A stretch of DNA of 44,086 bases from a virus. Taxonomy: Duplodnaviria > Caudoviricetes. Made by a program: the position numbers and the translations under genes. Under the pieces are notes generated by a model that ran no database searches, was not told the origin of the DNA, and worked only from the letters and a program-made list of their open reading frames with translations. This document shows positions 40,498 through 44,086 of this stretch, piece after piece. Numbering within the stretch: position 1 is the first letter of the stretch; every line of letters starts with the position of its first letter. The stretch covers positions 1-44,086 of IMG/VR virus record IMGVR_UViG_3300037461_000376; one strand, given 5' to 3'.

Positions 40498-41038
40498 TCT
40501 TGTAAAAGGAAATAGATTACACCAATTACAGAATGAATTAAGAAACCTGTCAGTCTCAGCCACAGAACACTTCTGTAAATTAGGAGAGATAATGAAGGAG
40601 ATCAGGGATAATGATTTATGGGAGGGTCAGTATGAGAGTTTTGAAGCCTTTTTTTCAGATCCGGAGTTTTCTTTTAAAAAGTCCTCAGTTTATCATTCAA
40701 TCCGGTTGGTAGAAGTTATTCCTCAATGGAAAGAATTAACTGATGTTCCGGTCAGTAAACTGATTATGGTTGTACCTCACCTTGAAAGTGGGGATAAAGA
40801 TAAATTGATAACTCAAGCCCGGACTCTCTCTACCGGAGATTTATATCAGGAATTAAACCAATTAAAATCCGGTAAAGAACAACCGGAATATTATAGTATG
40901 CCTAGAACTTATCCTTGTGATGTATGTCATCTAATAAAAGGTATTAAATTTAAAGATCTATGCCATTGTGGATGGACTGATATTCAAAAAGACACTCTTC
41001 AACAAGCCATAGATAAAATAGAAAGGGGAATATTGTGA
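40490..41038 (+). CDS. Hypothetical protein with C-terminal Cys cluster
   Basis: LGEIMKEIRD..LW...Y.SFEAF; CDVC...CHCG. Confidence 0.65.
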   Translation: MNDLVKGNRLHQLQNELRNLSVSATEHFCKLGEIMKEIRDNDLWEGQYESFEAFFSDPEFSFKKSSVYHSIRLVEVIPQWKELTDVPVSKLIMVVPHLESGDKDKLITQARTLSTGDLYQELNQLKSGKEQPEYYSMPRTYPCDVCHLIKGIKFKDLCHCGWTDIQKDTLQQAIDKIERGIL

Positions 41039-41214
41039 AGCAGATAGGAAATGTATTTATTATTACTTTTAGTGTTCCACCTGTTTTTTTAGTTGAAGTT
41101 GATAAATGGGCTAAAAAGAATAGCAGAGGAAGAAGTGAGTTTCTCAGGGAAGCCTCACGCAGATATATAGCATATTTAAAAAGAGAGGAAAAGAAAAATG
41201 AAAGCAAAATCTAA
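41035..41214 (+). CDS. Ribbon-helix-helix (CopG/Arc-like) regulator, 59 aa, GTG start (not in track)
   Basis: IITFSVPPVFLVEVDKWAKKNSRGRSEFLREASRRYI; GTGA overlap; SD AAGGGG. Confidence 0.8.
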   Translation: MKQIGNVFIITFSVPPVFLVEVDKWAKKNSRGRSEFLREASRRYIAYLKREEKKNESKI

Positions 41215-41470
41215 TGTTAAACCGGCAAAAGAAGTCGTTGTCCTTAAACCAACAACAAAAACATCATCAACCTACGGTACTATTGTAGTAGTTGAGAAAG
41301 ATCAGCCTGAATTAGGAGAAGTTATTGCAATCGGTACAGGCAAGTTACCGGTTCCTTTTAAAAAAGGAGATACTATAGCCTATCGTAAGTTTGGAGAGTT
41401 TAAATACTGGTTAGATGGTAAAGAAATTTTATTTGTTAAATTTGAAGATATATTAGGAGTATTAATTTAA
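41198..41470 (+). CDS. groES: Co-chaperonin GroES
   Basis: VKP....VVL, GEVIAIGTG, KKGD.I.Y.KF, DILGV. Confidence 0.92.
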   Translation: MKAKSNVKPAKEVVVLKPTTKTSSTYGTIVVVEKDQPELGEVIAIGTGKLPVPFKKGDTIAYRKFGEFKYWLDGKEILFVKFEDILGVLI

Positions 41471-41480
41471 GAAAGGAAAA

Positions 41481-43070
41481 ATGAATCCAAAAATACATAA
41501 AATATTATCATTTCGTGAAGAAGCTAGAAAGAAATTAGCTGATGGAGTTGGTATCTTGGCTGATGCAGTTACTACTACACTCGGTCCAAAAGGAAGGAAT
41601 GTAGCTATTATGCGTCAATGGGGATTACCTATTGTTGTTCATGATGGAGTTACTGTAGCCAGAGAAGTTCAATCTGATGATCCCTTAGAGGCTATCGGTA
41701 TTGCTTTAGTTAGAGAAGCTGCAGCCAAGACTAATGAAGAAGCCGGAGATGGTACAACTACCTCTATTTTATTGGCTTATGAACTAATGAAAGGTGGAAT
41801 GCAGTTAATTAAAGATGGTATGAATCCAATGGTTTTAAGGAATCAGATATATGAAGCTCTTCCTTTGATATTAAAAGAATTGAAGAATATATCAAAACCG
41901 ATCAAGAATAATGAAGATGTAGCCAGAGTAGCATTTATTTCAAGTGCTAATGAGGAAATTGGTAAGTTAGTTGCCCAAGCAGTTGAAAAAGTAGGCAAGG
42001 ATGGTTTGGTTACGGTAGATGAAGGTAAAGGAATTGAAACTGAAGTTGAATATACCGAAGGAATGGAATTTGATAGAGGTTATGCCAGTCCTTATTTTGT
42101 TACTAATCCGCAAAGAATGGAAGCGGTTATTGAAAAACCTATCATAGCTATAGTAGATAAGAAACTGACTCTTAATAATGAGATTGTACCTATTCTTGAA
42201 AACATGGCTAAATACTCAAAAGATATGGTTATTATCGCTGAAGAAATTACCGGAGATGCTCTAGCCACGATTGCAGCCAATAAAATGAAAGGTAATATCA
42301 ATGCCTTAGCAGTCAATGCCCCCGGAATAGGAGACAACAAAACCAATTACCTCTCAGATATAGCTGTTATAACCGGAGGTACTGTAATTTCTGATAAAAC
42401 CGCAGTTGATATTACAAAGGATAATTTATGGCTAGGTAAAGCCAGTAAGGTTATCTCTTCAAGGGAATCAACAGTTATTATCGGAGGTAAAGGTAGTCCA
42501 AAAGCAATCTTAGAAAGAATTAAAGAATTACGGATGCAACGGGATAGTGAGAAATCTAAGTTTGAAAAAGAGAAACTGGAAGAAAGATTAGCCAGAATCT
42601 CTACCGGTATTGGAGTTATCAAAGTCGGAGCTAAAACAGAAATTGATATGCGTGAGAAGCTAGAAAGAGTTAAGGATGCTGTAGGAGCAGCAACAGCAGC
42701 CAGAGAAGAAGGAATAGTTCCGGGTGGAGGAGTAGTCTTTTTAAGAATGGCTAAAGTTTTAGGAGAAAGTGAAGGAGAAAGACTACTTAAAATGGTTTTA
42801 GAACAACCTATAAGAAAGTTACTGTATAATTCTGGAGAATATGAAGATGCTTCAGATGATATTGTTAAAAAAGTTATAGAGAATAAGAATATCAATTATG
42901 GTTATGAAGTCAATTCCGGTAAAATGATGGATTTATTGGAAGGTGGAATTATAGATCCGGCAAAAGTAATAAGATTAAGTTTAGAAAACGCTATAGCGGT
43001 AAGTTCGTCAATTTTAACCACAGATGCTTTGATAGGTTTAGAAGTAGAAGAAGAAAAAAGACCCTCTTGA
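41481..43070 (+). CDS. groEL: Chaperonin GroEL
   Basis: TLGPKGRNV, DGVTVA, AGDGTTT, GMEFDRGY.SPYF, EGIVPGGG, GIIDPAKV. Confidence 0.98.
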   Translation: MNPKIHKILSFREEARKKLADGVGILADAVTTTLGPKGRNVAIMRQWGLPIVVHDGVTVAREVQSDDPLEAIGIALVREAAAKTNEEAGDGTTTSILLAYELMKGGMQLIKDGMNPMVLRNQIYEALPLILKELKNISKPIKNNEDVARVAFISSANEEIGKLVAQAVEKVGKDGLVTVDEGKGIETEVEYTEGMEFDRGYASPYFVTNPQRMEAVIEKPIIAIVDKKLTLNNEIVPILENMAKYSKDMVIIAEEITGDALATIAANKMKGNINALAVNAPGIGDNKTNYLSDIAVITGGTVISDKTAVDITKDNLWLGKASKVISSRESTVIIGGKGSPKAILERIKELRMQRDSEKSKFEKEKLEERLARISTGIGVIKVGAKTEIDMREKLERVKDAVGAATAAREEGIVPGGGVVFLRMAKVLGESEGERLLKMVLEQPIRKLLYNSGEYEDASDDIVKKVIENKNINYGYEVNSGKMMDLLEGGIIDPAKVIRLSLENAIAVSSSILTTDALIGLEVEEEKRPS

Positions 43071-43095
43071 CATAACATAATATTTATGTAATAGT
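43067..43095 (+). promoter_or_regulatory. Promoter with palindromic operator, probably leaderless
   Basis: TTGACA-N17-AATAGT-N6-ATG(43102); operator TAACATAA-tat-TTATGTAA 43073-43091. Confidence 0.75.
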
Positions 43096-43101
43096 AAATA
43101 T

Positions 43102-43320
43102 ATGGAATTACTAGGTATATTAGCTTTAGAAAATGGAGAATTAATATTCTTACCATTCAAGGATATTAATAAAAAATCTGTATCTGATATTAATCAGAAA
43201 ACTGAATATCCCAAAGGTACAATAATTAATATTCCCACACCGGAAGAAGTAGCAATCAGCAAAGAAAAAGCTAAGGATTATAGCTTGGAAGGAGTATTAA
43301 AGAAAAATGAAAGAACTTAA
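43102..43320 (+). CDS. Hypothetical protein
   Basis: ORF directly after the promoter. Confidence 0.65.
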   Translation: MELLGILALENGELIFLPFKDINKKSVSDINQKTEYPKGTIINIPTPEEVAISKEKAKDYSLEGVLKKNERT

Positions 43321-43600
43321 ATATTATCAGGCTAAAACACTATTTAATGGTATGGTAATCGGTAAAGAAGGATTATATATAGCCGTACCGGATAAATTAA
43401 AAGCATATAAGATTAAAGTCAGACATAATGGTCATTATATGATTATAGATAAATGGTTAAATGCAGACGGTTTCAGAAAGTTTCCGGATAAGTTTGGTAG
43501 GAAAGATGTAAATGGGAATACGAAGCAATATACATTAGGATATTTTTTATGGAAGCCAATTAAAGAACAAACAGTTATAGATAATTGGATGAATAGTTAA
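43307..43600 (+). CDS. Hypothetical protein
   Basis: Overlapping coupled ORF. Confidence 0.65.
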   Translation: MKELKYYQAKTLFNGMVIGKEGLYIAVPDKLKAYKIKVRHNGHYMIIDKWLNADGFRKFPDKFGRKDVNGNTKQYTLGYFLWKPIKEQTVIDNWMNS

Positions 43601-43601
43601 T

Positions 43602-43805
43602 ATGGAAAAAAATATGATTTATTGTCCAAATTGTGAATCAGGTAAAGGAGTAAACCGCCTATTTTATGAAGGCATAGGGGATGTTGTTTATTGTAACAAA
43701 TGTGCTTGGAAGATCAGGAAAATAGATTTAAGTAGTGCTCTTATAGGCTTTTTATTTGTCTTACTGATGGTACTGACAATTATATATTTACCAACTTTAA
43801 TTTAA
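43602..43805 (+). CDS. Zinc-ribbon protein with C-terminal TM helix
   Basis: CPNC...CNKC plus hydrophobic tail. Confidence 0.65.
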   Translation: MEKNMIYCPNCESGKGVNRLFYEGIGDVVYCNKCAWKIRKIDLSSALIGFLFVLLMVLTIIYLPTLI

Positions 43806-43813
43806 GGAGGAAT

Positions 43814-44086
43814 ATGAAAACCAAAGAGGAATTATTAAAACAAAAAGCTGAGATTGATAAACAGCTAGAAGAATTAGAAAAAAAGGTAAAACCGAAGGGT
43901 TTTATTATCAGAAGTAGATTTAATGATAGTGAAATCTATGTTTCAACAAAAGACAACGTAAGTGAAGCGGTTGTAGAGGCAGTAGGAAAAGGAGCAGACC
44001 TTCGGGAAGCAGACCTTCGGGGAGCAGACCTTCGGGAAGCAGACCTTGGGGGAGCAGACCTTCGGGAAGCAGACCTTGGGGGAGCA
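43814..44086 (+). CDS. Pentapeptide-repeat protein, N-terminal part (runs off the end; joins 3-365)
   Basis: SD AAGGAGG 43804-43810; MKTKEELLKQ...EAVVEAVGKGADLREADLRGADLREADLGG. Confidence 0.9.
   Translation, partial: MKTKEELLKQKAEIDKQLEELEKKVKPKGFIIRSRFNDSEIYVSTKDNVSEAVVEAVGKGADLREADLRGADLREADLGGADLREADLGGA

Noticed and set aside
40950-41207. Minus-strand 85-aa track ORF
   Set aside because: Antisense to the RHH gene 41035-41214, which has a clear motif, SD and coupling.
42092-43156. Antisense ORFs over groEL (and similar ones over portal, GT, ejection and amidase genes)
   Set aside because: Shadow frames of well-supported genes, with no start signals.

Overview
The window looks like an essentially complete, circularly permuted ~44-kb tailed dsDNA phage genome (AT-rich, standard code 11). 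It is opened inside a 15-nt pentapeptide-repeat gene whose N-terminus is at the right end (43814-44086) and whose C-terminus is at the left end (1-365). The layout is podovirus-like: putative TerS; an opposite-strand cassette of small genes headed by ArdC; an AT-rich non-coding region; GpA-type TerL; portal; major capsid; decoration/fibre genes including a (Gly-Tyr-Thr)n collagen-like protein; a 1195-aa multi-domain glycosyltransferase/methyltransferase; a displaced scaffold-like gene; an HNH endonuclease; tail and ejection proteins; amidase and holin; a PD-(D/E)XK nuclease, SSB-like protein, RHH regulator and a GroES/GroEL pair. I recognise no integrase, polymerase, helicase/primase, tRNA, CRISPR or reverse transcriptase. 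The most notable items are: (1) a putative virion-glycosylation module; (2) a cis-regulatory layer readable from the DNA, namely eight leaderless promoters, a conserved terminator-like leader before both structural operons, a three-copy 19-bp operator and a two-state RNA leader; (3) the chaperonin pair; (4) a probable ATT start behind the HNH insertion. A Patescibacteria (Microgenomates-like) host is an unverified inference. All calls come from motif recognition by eye, with no database search.
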